A stretch of DNA of 64,000 nt, from assembly GCA_020051955.1 (NCBI GenBank), contig JAGVQB010000045.1, positions 1,356 to 65,355 of the forward strand. Direction: 5' to 3'. This DNA is from a bacterium (GTDB taxonomy: Bacteria; Patescibacteriota; Patescibacteriia; UBA9934; GWF2-40-263). Shown here one piece after another: positions 37,981 to 48,273 of this stretch (its first letter is position 1; each line of letters opens with the position of its first letter). A program made the position numbers and the translations under genes. The notes under the pieces were generated by a model, which made no database searches, was not told the origin of the DNA, and saw only the letters and a program-made list of their open reading frames with translations.

Positions 37981-38463
37981 TTACCAATCGGTTATTTTTC
38001 CGCGTCCGGCTTTTCGGCGCCTGTCAGCTTCCTGTGTCCTTCGCTCTTTTGCTTTTACACCTTTTGGTTTGCGCGTTGGTATGCGTTCTTCCTCTGGCGT
38101 GAGCGCATCGCGCACAAGAGCCGTGAGTTTGGCGAGGGCTTCTTCTTTGTTTTGTTTTTGTGAGCGTTCGGTTTCAGACTTGATGACCAGCTCGTCAGCG
38201 CGGTTGATTCGATTGCGCGCGAAGACGCGGACCGTGACTTTTTGTTCATCAGATAGAACAAGAGAATCGCCAACTTTCCATCTCACCTCAACCTTACTGT
38301 TGGTTGTGTTAACACTTTGTCCTCCAGGACCCCCGCTTCGCGTCGCACTTATTTGAACTTCGCATTCTGGGATGAGGCCAGTTTGCCAATCAAACGCAGG
38401 TCGTGAATCTCTTGTTTCTTTCATAGCGTCTGGTGGCATTCCACCAGGTATCTCACGAGGCAT
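37981..38463 (-). CDS. arfB: Alternative ribosome rescue factor ArfB
   Basis: RSGGPGGQSVN, ERSQKQN, basic C-terminal tail. Confidence 0.93.
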   Translation of the reverse strand: MPREIPGGMPPDAMKETRDSRPAFDWQTGLIPECEVQISATRSGGPGGQSVNTTNSKVEVRWKVGDSLVLSDEQKVTVRVFARNRINRADELVIKSETERSQKQNKEEALAKLTALVRDALTPEEERIPTRKPKGVKAKERRTQEADRRRKAGRGKITDW

Positions 38464-38466
38464 ATT

Positions 38467-39516
38467 TTATATTTTCCCTTTCGTTAACACCCCCGACTTG
38501 TACAGTTCGATTAGAGCCAGCAACGCCGCAAGGATCGTCGGGCCAGCGATCGCGCCAATAGCTCCAAACGCACTCAAACCTCCAAGCACGCTGATGAGTA
38601 CGAGGAACGCGTGCATGTGAGTACTGCCGCTGATGAGGTATGGACCAATGAAATTATCAGCCATTGAAACAAGCACAACAGACCAGATGAGAAGCCCGAT
38701 GGCCGCTCCAGTGGAACCAGTGAAAAAGAGAAAGAGAATCGCGGGGATGAGCACGAGGCCAGTGCCGACAAGCGGAATGAGAGCCGCGAGGATGGTTAAC
38801 ATTCCCCAGATGAGAGCGCCGGGCACGCCAAAGATTGTCATTCCAATTCCCGCGAAGACGCCTTGGATGATCGCCACCAAGAGTACGCCAAAGACGACTG
38901 ATCGAACTGTGCAGACGATACGCTTAAAGATCTTGCTATCCATTGAGTCGCGCAGAGGGGAGAGTTCCATGAGTTCTTTCGCAAGACGGTCGCGGTCAAC
39001 TAAGAGATAGTAAAGGCACATGAAGAACAGAAACGCGTTCAAGACAAATTTTGTTGTGCTGGAAAAAAGGTTGCCGATATTTTGGAATGCCCAAGACGCG
39101 ACAGTGCTACCAAGCTCTGAAAGATCAATGGAGAAGATTTGAGCTTGTACTGATTCTGGCAGTAGCGCGACGATAGGGGAAGTCGTTGGGTTGATTTGTT
39201 CAATCCAGCTTTTGTCTTGGAGGGACGCGTGGATAAGATCAGACGCCTGGCGCGCCATGAGGAGCAGGATAAGAAGCAGAGGGATAAAGATGAGGAGTAG
39301 GACAGCGAACGTCATCGCGCCAGCGGATAGTTTACCGTGTTTGAGTATCGCGCGAAGTCTGCGTTCAAGTGGCGAGAGAATGATCGCCACAACACACGAC
39401 AAAAGAAGCACGAGCGCGAAGGGCTGAATGACTTGCCAGAAGAGATAGATGATCACGCAAGCGACAAAAAGGAAAAACCATTTTTCAATGGTCATGTGAG
39501 AAGATTGGAGGTGCAT
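38467..39516 (-). CDS. AI-2E family transporter
   Basis: Multi-TM; IPLVGT, DNFIGP, ISVLGGL...GAIAGP. Confidence 0.9.
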   Translation of the reverse strand: MHLQSSHMTIEKWFFLFVACVIIYLFWQVIQPFALVLLLSCVVAIILSPLERRLRAILKHGKLSAGAMTFAVLLLIFIPLLLILLLMARQASDLIHASLQDKSWIEQINPTTSPIVALLPESVQAQIFSIDLSELGSTVASWAFQNIGNLFSSTTKFVLNAFLFFMCLYYLLVDRDRLAKELMELSPLRDSMDSKIFKRIVCTVRSVVFGVLLVAIIQGVFAGIGMTIFGVPGALIWGMLTILAALIPLVGTGLVLIPAILFLFFTGSTGAAIGLLIWSVVLVSMADNFIGPYLISGSTHMHAFLVLISVLGGLSAFGAIGAIAGPTILAALLALIELYKSGVLTKGKI

Positions 39517-39648
39517 AGTGTCTTTAGTATAGCAGGAACGCGTAGAGTTTGGGTACTTAATGGCTCGTGTTTTGTGGTGGTACACGCGAAAGACGGTGTG
39601 ACACGAATGGATCAAATAAAAACACCCAGCTGTCGCTGAGTTTTTTAT

Positions 39649-39723
39649 TGGTGACCCCACCGGGAGTCGAACCCGGCTTTACAGGATGAAAACCTGTCGT
39701 CCTAACCGATAGACGATGGGGCC
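39649..39723 (-). tRNA. tRNA-Glu(TTC)
   Basis: Reverse complement GGCCCCATCGTCTATCGGTTAGGACGACAGGTTTTCATCCTGTAAAGCCGGGTTCGACTCCCGGTGGGGTCACCA. Confidence 0.95.
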
Positions 39724-39780
39724 ATAAGTTGAGAAACGTAACGGCGATATGATAACAAAAATCCTGTGACGGTCAACTCT

Positions 39781-40616
39781 GTGTTGGAGTTTTTCAACGG
39801 TCTCGCCTGTGCGCCACTCTCAAGCCGTTAAAGGTTGGGTGGGTTAAGTGGAGGTGGCTCGATCGTGAGTCGTCGCCAGAGGAGACCAACGACATCCTTA
39901 GTCGCACTAGCACGCAGTGGTGCATCCGTCTCATCCTCATCGGTGGATACGTGCAGTTCTATGGATCCAGGAAGGACGAAGGACATCTGTTGGGTGCCTA
40001 CTTCAGCAAGTCCATTTGGCAACGCCTGTGGGTCTCGGTCGCGGGTCCTATCGCAAACATCCTCACCGCCTTTTTGTTCATCTGGGTGGCTTTCTTCATT
40101 GGCTGGCAATACCAAACGGATTGCAAACTGGACGCGTACGGCGTGGTTGATCCCAGCTCGTGTCAGACCGTGAAGGAGGTGGGTGGTCAGTCGGTGTGGA
40201 TGTCCTTCACGCTGGCGGCGAAGGCCAGTGCCAGGGTGCCAGTATTGATTGGGGAGCATGTCGAAGAGATCGTCGACGGGACAATCAAGGACATCAAAGC
40301 CAGATGGGGGAATGAGCCAGTGGGGATCGTGGGGGCGGCAGATGTCATTTGGGAAGGGGCACAAGAAGGAGCGGGGAAGTTGCTGATAATCATGTGGGCG
40401 TTCTCCTTGATCATCGGCTTTGGCAACCTCCTGCCATTCCCCCCGCTTGACGGTTCGCACATCTGGCTCGACCTTGTCTCGCTGTTGCGAGATGGGTGGT
40501 TGCGCACGAGCCTTAGGTACGTCTGGATAGCATTCGGCGCGTCCCTTCTTCTGTCGGAGTTCGTCTTGTTCATCATCACAAGCACCCACGACCTGTGGTT
40601 GTTGCTTGCGCGCTGA
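39781..40616 (+). pseudogene. N-terminally truncated RseP/M50 site-2 protease homologue
   Basis: WCIRLILIGGYV, AGPIAN, VGIVG, NLLPFPPLDG present; HExxH absent; VLEFFNG remnant lies in another frame at 39781. Confidence 0.7.
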
Positions 40617-40625
40617 CCTCGACTT

Positions 40626-40703
40626 GGGGTCAGTTTTTTTAAAGTTTGAAAAACCCGCGAAGAGTCGCGGGTAGGTGCTGAATGGAGTCGGTTCTGACCC
40701 CAG
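40626..40703. repeat. GGGTCAG...CTGACCC-bounded element (left of cassette)
   Basis: Ends AGTCGGTTCTGACCCCAGG, matching AGTCGGATCTGACCTCAGG at 42482. Confidence 0.65.
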
Positions 40704-40778
40704 GTGATTCTCGCTCATGCCCGTTCATCAAGGCCGTTCCTTTTATGTTGAGAGCGTATTGAATTTTTTGGGAAAAAA

Positions 40779-41981
40779 CTATTTGCCGATAATGACAGGA
40801 ACACTGAGTTCGTCATCATTTTCAGGAAGTCCGGAAGGGTCATCTTTTTGCAAAACGAGAGTCCCCGCTTTGCCAATGTTTTGCAGATTCGTCGCAAAGG
40901 TGATCGTGGCTTTAAAGGGGACGAAATCGCTCGTCATCCAATCATCTTGCGCTTGTGCAACGCACCACCCGAGTGTATTTCCTTTGTAGTCAAGGAGGAG
41001 TATTGGGAAACTTGCCTCAAAAAACCAGTAACCGCGCGCTTGCCCGGTGATGAGAAGTGGACTGCTGACAACGGTGTTGGGCAAGGGAGAATCGAGGATT
41101 ATGCTACTTGTATGTTTTTCCGTTTCCTCTGACCAGACAATCATTTTCATGCCGGGGATTTGGAGGATATTTACCTCAACTTGTGGCTTGCAACTGCACA
41201 TACTAATAGAGATGCCGGTCCATGCGTCTATGGGAGAGATGGTGACGACGCCGTCCTTTTCCGTAAACATTGTTTGACCGATAATTGTGTTGCACATGCC
41301 CGTCGTTCCCGCATCAATAGTTGCGCGTATGACTTCCTCGGTAGTCGGATTTGGTTTGGAAATGGTGCCCATATGGGCAATAGTGAGCGATGAACGATAT
41401 CCCGCACTATCCATTTTTTCTCCGTCACAATAGGCGGTTGTCTCAGCCTGCGATGTTAGATAGGTGAACGTGTAATCAGAAAGAGTCGTTGTTTGAAGAA
41501 TATTATCTCGCACCGCAAGTGCTATACTTTTGCCTATGGAAGGAGTCATGGCCATGGGTTCGTCCTCAGCCACCACGGCATATGTGGCAATGATTGTTCC
41601 CGCATCAATCGTGATGTTTTGTGGGGTAACGCGATCGCCAAGAAAAACGGCGTTTGTACCAAGTGCGCCGTCTGAAGTGTTCAGTGCTGTTACGATATAA
41701 TAAAAAGCTCCGGTTCCCTCGCTTGTTTGTTTAAGAAAAAAAATTGCGTCTTCAACTCCATCATCATTTATGTCTCCATTCGTTACCTCCCCAAATATTT
41801 CCGTAGTATCTGTTTTTCCATCGACAAGATTTACTTGATCATTTGAGACTGTGTAAGTTGCGTTACGAGGATCAAACTGTGCGGAAGTAGTGGGTTTATG
41901 TGAGTACGATAGGAAAGCTCCATAGAGACAACCTCCAAGAATAACCGGAATCGCGACTGCGATAAGAATTTCTTTTTTCAT
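40779..41981 (-). CDS. Membrane-anchored protein with C-terminal Gmad2 Ig-like domain
   Basis: SPLLITGQARGYWFFEASFP...DWMTSDFVPF...LQKDDPSGLPEND. Confidence 0.85.
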   Translation of the reverse strand: MKKEILIAVAIPVILGGCLYGAFLSYSHKPTTSAQFDPRNATYTVSNDQVNLVDGKTDTTEIFGEVTNGDINDDGVEDAIFFLKQTSEGTGAFYYIVTALNTSDGALGTNAVFLGDRVTPQNITIDAGTIIATYAVVAEDEPMAMTPSIGKSIALAVRDNILQTTTLSDYTFTYLTSQAETTAYCDGEKMDSAGYRSSLTIAHMGTISKPNPTTEEVIRATIDAGTTGMCNTIIGQTMFTEKDGVVTISPIDAWTGISISMCSCKPQVEVNILQIPGMKMIVWSEETEKHTSSIILDSPLPNTVVSSPLLITGQARGYWFFEASFPILLLDYKGNTLGWCVAQAQDDWMTSDFVPFKATITFATNLQNIGKAGTLVLQKDDPSGLPENDDELSVPVIIGK

Positions 41982-42010
41982 AATTTTTCGTTACCGGATG
42001 ATTATCAAAA

Positions 42011-42355
42011 TTACTTAACTTTTTTATCTTTTGGTTTTACCACCCTCCGAATCGTTTTAACAATATCTTTGACAAAGGGATTAGTTTGTTCAATTCTAGG
42101 AAAAACCTTTTTTCCTTCGCGTTCTTTTTGAAGAAGACCGGCCTGTTCTAAAACTTTGATATGTTGAGAAATCAGAGGCAAAGAAAGGCCTAAAATCTCG
42201 GCAAGATCACTGACGGACACTTTTGGTTGTTCGGCTAAAATACAAAAAATTCTATATCGGCTGACCTCACTAAGCGCTTTAAAAGCTACGACCATATTTT
42301 TGTCGTTTTGAATAGAAAGGGCATCTATTATCCGGGTTTCTTTTTTCCGCAACAT
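42011..42355 (-). CDS. ArsR/SmtB-family transcriptional regulator
   Basis: FKALSEVSRYRI...VSDLAEIL...ISQHIKVLEQAGLL. Confidence 0.9.
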   Translation of the reverse strand: MLRKKETRIIDALSIQNDKNMVVAFKALSEVSRYRIFCILAEQPKVSVSDLAEILGLSLPLISQHIKVLEQAGLLQKEREGKKVFPRIEQTNPFVKDIVKTIRRVVKPKDKKVK

Positions 42356-42433
42356 AAGTTAAATATTTAAGCAACTGTTTAATAGCTGAAAGGTACACCA
42401 TAAGGAATCATCTGTCTATGAAGGTAAAAAAAT

Positions 42434-42500
42434 GGGTCAGATTCGACTTCCGACTTTTTTTGAACAATGTAAAAAGTTGGAAGTCGGATCTGACCTCAGG
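42434..42500. repeat. Palindromic element (right of cassette)
   Basis: GGGTCAGATTCGACTTCCGACTTTTT ... AAAAAGTTGGAAGTCGGATCTGACCT. Confidence 0.75.
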
Positions 42501-42576
42501 AGATCCCTGCATTGACCGATATAAGACAGGCTGATAAATTATTCGTGGCAAGGAAACAACGAAACGGAGAGAGAAC

Positions 42577-42954
42577 ATGATTCGCATGAAGTACCATTTG
42601 CTGATTACGCGAAAGGGTCAAGCTGAAGGCGCGACCGTCGAAGTCGAGGCTGAGTACACCAACGTGGAGGATGTGGTCACGGACATCCTGTCAGTGGTGA
42701 ATGTGTTCGGAAATGGAAGCCGCGCGAGCACCGCTCAACGACTTGCGACAGTGAGCTCTTCGAAAATCCTCTCGCAGATCAAGGATCTCGATCCCTCTTC
42801 GAAGATCATCATCCATGGTGGAAGGGAAGTTGAGGAGGGAATCCCCGAGGGGCTGGTGAGAGACCCCGGAGCACTCTTCTCTGTTGCCTGTTGCCGGGCG
42901 TGGGGGGACCGACGCGAGGACGCGGCGAGGGAAGCGCGTCGCAACCGCGAGTAA
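42577..42954 (+). CDS. Hypothetical protein (paralogue 1)
   Basis: Promoter TTGACC-N17-TAAATT at 42512, GGAG RBS; similar to next ORF. Confidence 0.7.
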   Translation: MIRMKYHLLITRKGQAEGATVEVEAEYTNVEDVVTDILSVVNVFGNGSRASTAQRLATVSSSKILSQIKDLDPSSKIIIHGGREVEEGIPEGLVRDPGALFSVACCRAWGDRREDAAREARRNRE

Positions 42955-43094
42955 CTGGGTAACGGTATTGTGGCTTGCATCAGCGAAAATATCGTAACCG
43001 AGTAATGGCGAAGGTAGGTCGTTGGCTCTTGACCGATCGTCAAAAAGCTGGTAGGTTTTTGTGGCTAGGAACCTGCAAAAAGAGAGGAATGAAA

Positions 43095-43382
43095 ATGCCG
43101 ACGATGAAGTACAACGTCCTGATCGGTGACGACGGCGAACGGCGCGAGGTGGTGGTCGAGTACTCCGACATCACCGCGCTGGTGAGGGACATTCTCGACG
43201 TAGGGAGGATCCATTCGCCGACAGCGCGCACCAGTGAAAGGGATCGTGTGGAGAGTGCGTCGGGTTTGCCGCTTCTCAAGGCGCTCACGGACTGGCGACC
43301 CGGGGATTCGGTCACGATCCTCAATGCGGAGGAAGCACCACTCCGAAGTCGAGAATTCTTCGACGTGGCCTTCACTGGTTAG
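43095..43382 (+). CDS. Hypothetical protein (paralogue 2)
   Basis: GAGG RBS; MKY.vLI...EY......V.DIL.V pattern shared with the previous ORF. Confidence 0.7.
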   Translation: MPTMKYNVLIGDDGERREVVVEYSDITALVRDILDVGRIHSPTARTSERDRVESASGLPLLKALTDWRPGDSVTILNAEEAPLRSREFFDVAFTG

Positions 43383-43506
43383 TTGCCCCGTACACGATTC
43401 GTGCGCCTGTGAAATACCAGGCGTTTTATTTTTGGAAAAATAAAACCGCCCGTTTATCTTCCGCACGTGGGTGCGGCCGATTTTGGGCGGAGAGAGAACG
43501 TCTGAC

Positions 43507-45138
43507 CTAGTGTGCCGCCTTGCCCTTGGGGATCGCCTTGCGGATGAGCACGCACAGCACGAACCCTATCACTGCTGGCGGGATCATCCACAGCGGCCAA
43601 TCTGACCAGTTGTGCCAGTCAGCGGCCGCCGCCTCCCTGGGAAGCCTGGCACCGTACCAGAATGCCATGAGTGAACTTCCCAGGTACACGCATCCGTCGA
43701 TGATGCCCACTGCGATGCCCGCGTTCTTGGATCCGCCGAAGTCCTGCGTCGCTGTCCCAGAGAGCATTCCGTGCACGCCGATGACGCACAGGGACGCGAT
43801 CAGGCACAGCCACATCACAGCGGCGTTCCCAAGCACGAAGTACATCACGCACGCGCACGCGATCATGCCGCCGTAGAGTATGGCCGCGACCGGTCCGCGT
43901 CTTGATTCAAAGAACCTGTCACTGATGATGCCTGCGAACATGCCACCGAGGATTCCCGCCAGGCAAAGGAGCATACCCCAGTGAGGCTCGAGGTATGAGC
44001 CAACGTGGGTTGCCTTCATGAAGCTTGGTCCCCACTGCATGATCGCCTGCCTGACGAAGCCAGTGCAGAACTCGATCGCGGCTACCGCGACGATGATCGG
44101 GTTGCGCGCCATCATCAGGAAGACCTTGTGAGGCGGGTTTGTTGGTCCCTTCTCGCCAGATGTCGCATCTCCTGTGTCGAAGTCCTCGAGCCCAGCATCC
44201 TTGGGTGAGTTGCGGATGAGCTTGTGGCCAACCACGAAGCTCACGCACAGGATGGCTGCTGGGACAAAGAACACGAGGTGGACCTGGTGCTCCCAGATCT
44301 TGAGGAGTAGACCGTTCCAGTCATAGGCAAAGTAGAGTCCAAGCGAGATCAGGATCCCGAAGATGGCACCAAAGACTCCACGTTCCTTCACGTGGAACCA
44401 CGGCGAGTTCACCTTGACGATGGCGACAGCGCCGAAGCTCTGGAAGTACATATTGATCGCGTAAAGAACACAGAGGGCAGGCATGAGCTTGGAGGTGGCA
44501 CTCACATTGTGCTCGATACCGAAGAGCCCACGGAACCAGACGAAGCCGCTGAAGATCGGCTTGGCGAATTCATTCACCACGTTACCAAGCGCGCCGATTT
44601 CTCCGTTGCTTCTCACGACTTCCCACGCCACGACGCCCATCAGGACATTGGCGATGATGACCCCAGCGGCCGAGATCAGGATCGTCAGCCTTCCGCCGTA
44701 TCGGTCAGTGAGCGGACCATTGAGCAAGAACGACAGTCCATACACCAACGTGCCGATCCCGAAGATGATCCCGAAGTCAGCGTTGTCCATGAGACCGAAC
44801 TGGCTGAACTCCTTCTTGCTCACTGTCAGGTTGTAGCGCGCCATGTAGAGGAACGCGTAGATCGCTCCTAGTGGAACCCAGTTCATCACCCGTCTCTTGA
44901 TGAGGTCGGGCTTGAGATGGTCCATCGCGAGCTTGGGTTGACGCGCGAACACGAACACGATGACAACGAGCAGAAGCAGGATTGGGAGGAACTCCTTCAG
45001 GGAGATCAGGAACACGCTTTCCTTGCTTGTACCTGCCTCTTGCGCGGCAAGTGCGAGCGTTGGGAAGAGACTCATTGCCAGGGCAGAAAGAGCTACGAGA
45101 ATTTTGGACACCGGCGCCTCCTTGTGGGTTTTGCCCAC
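43507..45138 (-). CDS. MFS transporter, organophosphate:Pi antiporter (GlpT/UhpT-like)
   Basis: YAFLYMARYNL, NGPLTDRYGGR, WFHVKERG, ISDRFFESRRGP, AVGIIDGCVYLG. Confidence 0.85.
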   Translation of the reverse strand: MGKTHKEAPVSKILVALSALAMSLFPTLALAAQEAGTSKESVFLISLKEFLPILLLLVVIVFVFARQPKLAMDHLKPDLIKRRVMNWVPLGAIYAFLYMARYNLTVSKKEFSQFGLMDNADFGIIFGIGTLVYGLSFLLNGPLTDRYGGRLTILISAAGVIIANVLMGVVAWEVVRSNGEIGALGNVVNEFAKPIFSGFVWFRGLFGIEHNVSATSKLMPALCVLYAINMYFQSFGAVAIVKVNSPWFHVKERGVFGAIFGILISLGLYFAYDWNGLLLKIWEHQVHLVFFVPAAILCVSFVVGHKLIRNSPKDAGLEDFDTGDATSGEKGPTNPPHKVFLMMARNPIIVAVAAIEFCTGFVRQAIMQWGPSFMKATHVGSYLEPHWGMLLCLAGILGGMFAGIISDRFFESRRGPVAAILYGGMIACACVMYFVLGNAAVMWLCLIASLCVIGVHGMLSGTATQDFGGSKNAGIAVGIIDGCVYLGSSLMAFWYGARLPREAAAADWHNWSDWPLWMIPPAVIGFVLCVLIRKAIPKGKAAH

Positions 45139-45237
45139 GTTTTTGAGTGTCTGTTTGCCGTGAGCGAACGGCAGTATTGACCCTAATACGACAGAGGGAA
45201 ATGTGCAAACAAAAAACCGAGGAGGTACCTCGATTAT

Positions 45238-45708
45238 TTATTGGAGTGGATGACGGCGAAGTTGAGCGGCTGTTTCAGCGTCAATTGATGTCGAGGAGCT
45301 GTAAAAACTTAGAGCCTTGTCGCGAGATCCTCGTATCTCTTCATCGCGCACGTTATCGAGAGCGTCTTGTGACTTTTGCCATTCTTGCAATAGCCGGTCA
45401 GCCTCACCATTTTTTGATCGCCCAAGACGTTCATTAAGAGAGGCTTGTTTGTATTTTGCTTCTGCAAGAAGGACCTTTGCTATCTCGACACTTCCACGCC
45501 CACCTTTACCACGAGATGCTTCTTGCTGTGCTTGCGCGACTTTTTGTTCGAGACCCAATATCTTGCGCACGCCTGTTTCGACTGGGTCTTCGCGATATGT
45601 AAAATCAGCTACCCGTTCTTTTCCGCCAGTCGCCTTAATATCCGGCACCTCCTCAAATACAATTCCTTCATCTGGCGCGGATTCCCTGCGTGGTCTGCCG
45701 AACGCCAT
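45238..45708 (-). CDS. Hypothetical coiled-coil protein
   Basis: Clean ORF co-oriented with neighbours. Confidence 0.65.
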   Translation of the reverse strand: MAFGRPRRESAPDEGIVFEEVPDIKATGGKERVADFTYREDPVETGVRKILGLEQKVAQAQQEASRGKGGRGSVEIAKVLLAEAKYKQASLNERLGRSKNGEADRLLQEWQKSQDALDNVRDEEIRGSRDKALSFYSSSTSIDAETAAQLRRHPLQ

Positions 45709-45713
45709 AGAAA

Positions 45714-46184
45714 TTATTTTATCGCTCTTATTACTGTGATCGAAGTCTGCCCATCCATTTCACTTACAGCCACCGAAATTATAACATCGCCTTTTTGAAA
45801 CACCTTCATAAGTCTTCCGTTGTAATTGGAATCAGTTTCCATCTCCCACCCATCGCCCAAGAGTTCGTCTTCATACCACTGCGCGACAGAAGCTAGACTA
45901 GCGGTCGTCGTCGAGAGAAGCGTCGCGCCTTGGTTTGGGATAACTGATGCGGCGAGGATTTGCGCGCCTTCATACACAGGCACGTCAGATGGAAAGTCGT
46001 TTGGGATTTGCGCGTTTTCGCCAATGCTCGCGTACGCGCCAGTCTCTTTGTCTTCGTAGGTATAAGTGTCGTCCGCGATGTTGATTTCACCAGAGTCGCT
46101 TGGTTGCGCGGTTTGTTGAGTACGGTTAAAACATCCGCCACCAATGAGCACAAGGGTAAAGAGTGGGAACAGGAGAAATTTCAT
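45714..46184 (-). CDS. Putative lipoprotein
   Basis: Signal ending LVLIGGGC; IPNDFPSDVPVYEGA motif. Confidence 0.75.
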   Translation of the reverse strand: MKFLLFPLFTLVLIGGGCFNRTQQTAQPSDSGEINIADDTYTYEDKETGAYASIGENAQIPNDFPSDVPVYEGAQILAASVIPNQGATLLSTTTASLASVAQWYEDELLGDGWEMETDSNYNGRLMKVFQKGDVIISVAVSEMDGQTSITVIRAIK

Positions 46185-46303
46185 AAGATGGTCGAACATA
46201 CCACTTAAGGACCGATCGGACCTTAAATGGTATGAGTTATTGTTAAAAGTTTTGAAATAAGTGATGATTGTTACTACTTTACCATTATTTTAAGCTCAAT
46301 TCC

Positions 46304-46403
46304 ATCCCGTTCAAACACCGCGTCATCACCGTTAAACCGCTGACAAGTGACGTCGTCTCTTCCTGCGCGGTTTACCGATTTTGGCGCAGCGTTTGAACGG
46401 GAT
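46304..46403. mobile_element. 100 bp MITE/REP-like palindromic element (copy 2)
   Basis: Same terminal inverted repeats and length as 20303-20402. Confidence 0.8.
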
Positions 46404-46446
46404 CTATCTTGACCGATCGGGTTCCTTCGTATACTCTTCTCGCGTT

Positions 46447-48270
46447 ATGACACGCGACGACATAAGAAACATCGCAATCATCGCTCACGTTGACCATGGT
46501 AAGACGACCTTGGTGGACGCGCTTTTGAAACAGAGCAACACTTTTCGCGACGCGCAGGCAATGGGTACGACTATCATGGACAGCAACGAGATCGAGCGCG
46601 AGCGAGGCATTACGATTTTTGCCAAGAACGCCGCGATCGAGTGGAAGGGGATAAAGATCAACATCGTTGATACGCCAGGGCACGCTGACTTTGGCGGCGA
46701 GGTTGAGCGAGTGATGAATCTTGTTGACGGCTGTCTCCTGCTTGTTGATGCCAAAGAGGGGCCAATGCCGCAGACAAAATTTGTGCTCAAGAAGGCGCTT
46801 GAGGCTGGGCACAAGATCATCGTTGTTATCAATAAGATTGATAAGAAAGACGCGCGCCCAAGCTGGGTCGTTGATAAAACCTTTGATTTGTTTATTGATT
46901 TAGGTGCAACCGACGAGCAGGCGCGCTTTCCTGTTTTGTATGCTTCCGCTATCAATGGCGTGGCAGGAACTTCGCAAGAGATGGCTTCAATGAAAGGTAT
47001 CGAGCCCATTCTTGATTCAGTTGTCGAGTACATCAGCGGACCTTCGGGCGATCCTGCCGATCCTTTGCAGATTTCCGTTGTGAACATCTTTTACGATAAC
47101 TACAAAGGTCGTGTCGCGATTGGGCGCGTCGTGAACGGAGTCGCAAAAAACGGAATGCAGGTGAAGCATGTGAAGCGTGATGGAAGCGAGAAGCTCGGAA
47201 AAATTACCGCACTGCAGATATTCAAAGGGTTGGGTCGTGTTGACGCGCAAGAGGTCAACGCAGGAGAAATAGTCGCGGTCGCGGGAATCGAGGACGCGCA
47301 CATTGGCGAGTCGTTTGTTGATCCACTTGAAGGGAAGGCTCTACCGGTGATGTCTATCGAGGATCCAACAGTCAAAATGACGTTTGGCGCAAACACGTCA
47401 CCTTTTGCCGGGAAAGAAGGTGAGTATTCAACAGCAAGACATTTGAAGGAACGTCTTGAGCGCGAACTGTTGAACGACGTTGCGCTAAGGATGGAAAAGG
47501 GGGAAGGGGACTCTCAATTTATTATTTCTGGGCGCGGCGAGTTGCACTTGGCAATTTTGATCGAGAAGATGCGCAGGGAAGGATACGAACTTCAGGCCTC
47601 GAGGCCGCAGGTTATTTTCAAAGAAAAGGAAGGTGTGGTGATGGAGCCTTTTGAGGCGGTGTCCACTGAATGTCCGGATACATTTTCTGGAATCGTTATC
47701 GAAAAGATGGGTAAGCGGCGAGGAGAGATGAAGGATATGAAGGTTGAGAATGGTACTTCGTTTATGGAGTTTGAGATTCCTACGCGCGGGCTTATCGGTT
47801 ATCGAAGTGAGTTTTTGACTGATACAAAAGGACAGGGAGTGTTGAATACTCTACTGCTTGGGTACCGCGAGAAAGTTGGGGACGTTACAGCAGGCGGTCA
47901 CGGTGCCATGATCTCGATGGAACAAGGTGAGACAATGGGTTACGCGCTCACCAACTTGCAGGATCGTGGTGGTATGTTCGTTGGCCCCGGCGTGCAAGTG
48001 TATGTGGGAATGGTGATTGGGGAGAACTCGCGCAACGAGGATATGGATGTGAATCCGTGTAAAGAAAAGAGACTGTCGAATATGCGTTCAAAGGGTGATG
48101 GCGCGTCAGTCGCGCTGGAACCACCTCGACATATGACTCTTGAAATGTGCTTGGAGTTTTTGGCAGACGACGAACTTCTGGAAGTCACACCAAAGTCGCT
48201 ACGCATCCGCAAAACGATTCTTGATCCAGTGCGCCGCAAGCGTGCTGGGATGCAAACCGAGACCTCGTGA
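46447..48270 (+). CDS. typA: Translational GTPase TypA/BipA
   Basis: IRNIAIIAHVDHGKTTLVD, DTPGHADFGGEVER, GRGELHLAILIE, EVTPKSLRIRK. Confidence 0.98.
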   Translation: MTRDDIRNIAIIAHVDHGKTTLVDALLKQSNTFRDAQAMGTTIMDSNEIERERGITIFAKNAAIEWKGIKINIVDTPGHADFGGEVERVMNLVDGCLLLVDAKEGPMPQTKFVLKKALEAGHKIIVVINKIDKKDARPSWVVDKTFDLFIDLGATDEQARFPVLYASAINGVAGTSQEMASMKGIEPILDSVVEYISGPSGDPADPLQISVVNIFYDNYKGRVAIGRVVNGVAKNGMQVKHVKRDGSEKLGKITALQIFKGLGRVDAQEVNAGEIVAVAGIEDAHIGESFVDPLEGKALPVMSIEDPTVKMTFGANTSPFAGKEGEYSTARHLKERLERELLNDVALRMEKGEGDSQFIISGRGELHLAILIEKMRREGYELQASRPQVIFKEKEGVVMEPFEAVSTECPDTFSGIVIEKMGKRRGEMKDMKVENGTSFMEFEIPTRGLIGYRSEFLTDTKGQGVLNTLLLGYREKVGDVTAGGHGAMISMEQGETMGYALTNLQDRGGMFVGPGVQVYVGMVIGENSRNEDMDVNPCKEKRLSNMRSKGDGASVALEPPRHMTLEMCLEFLADDELLEVTPKSLRIRKTILDPVRRKRAGMQTETS

Positions 48271-48273
48271 TTT

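Noticed and set aside
46381-46446. Long N-terminal extensions given by the ORF track (typA, pyrB, AI-2E, 21412 gene, MFS)
   Set aside because: They run through repeats, tRNAs or promoters; downstream ATGs match family starts
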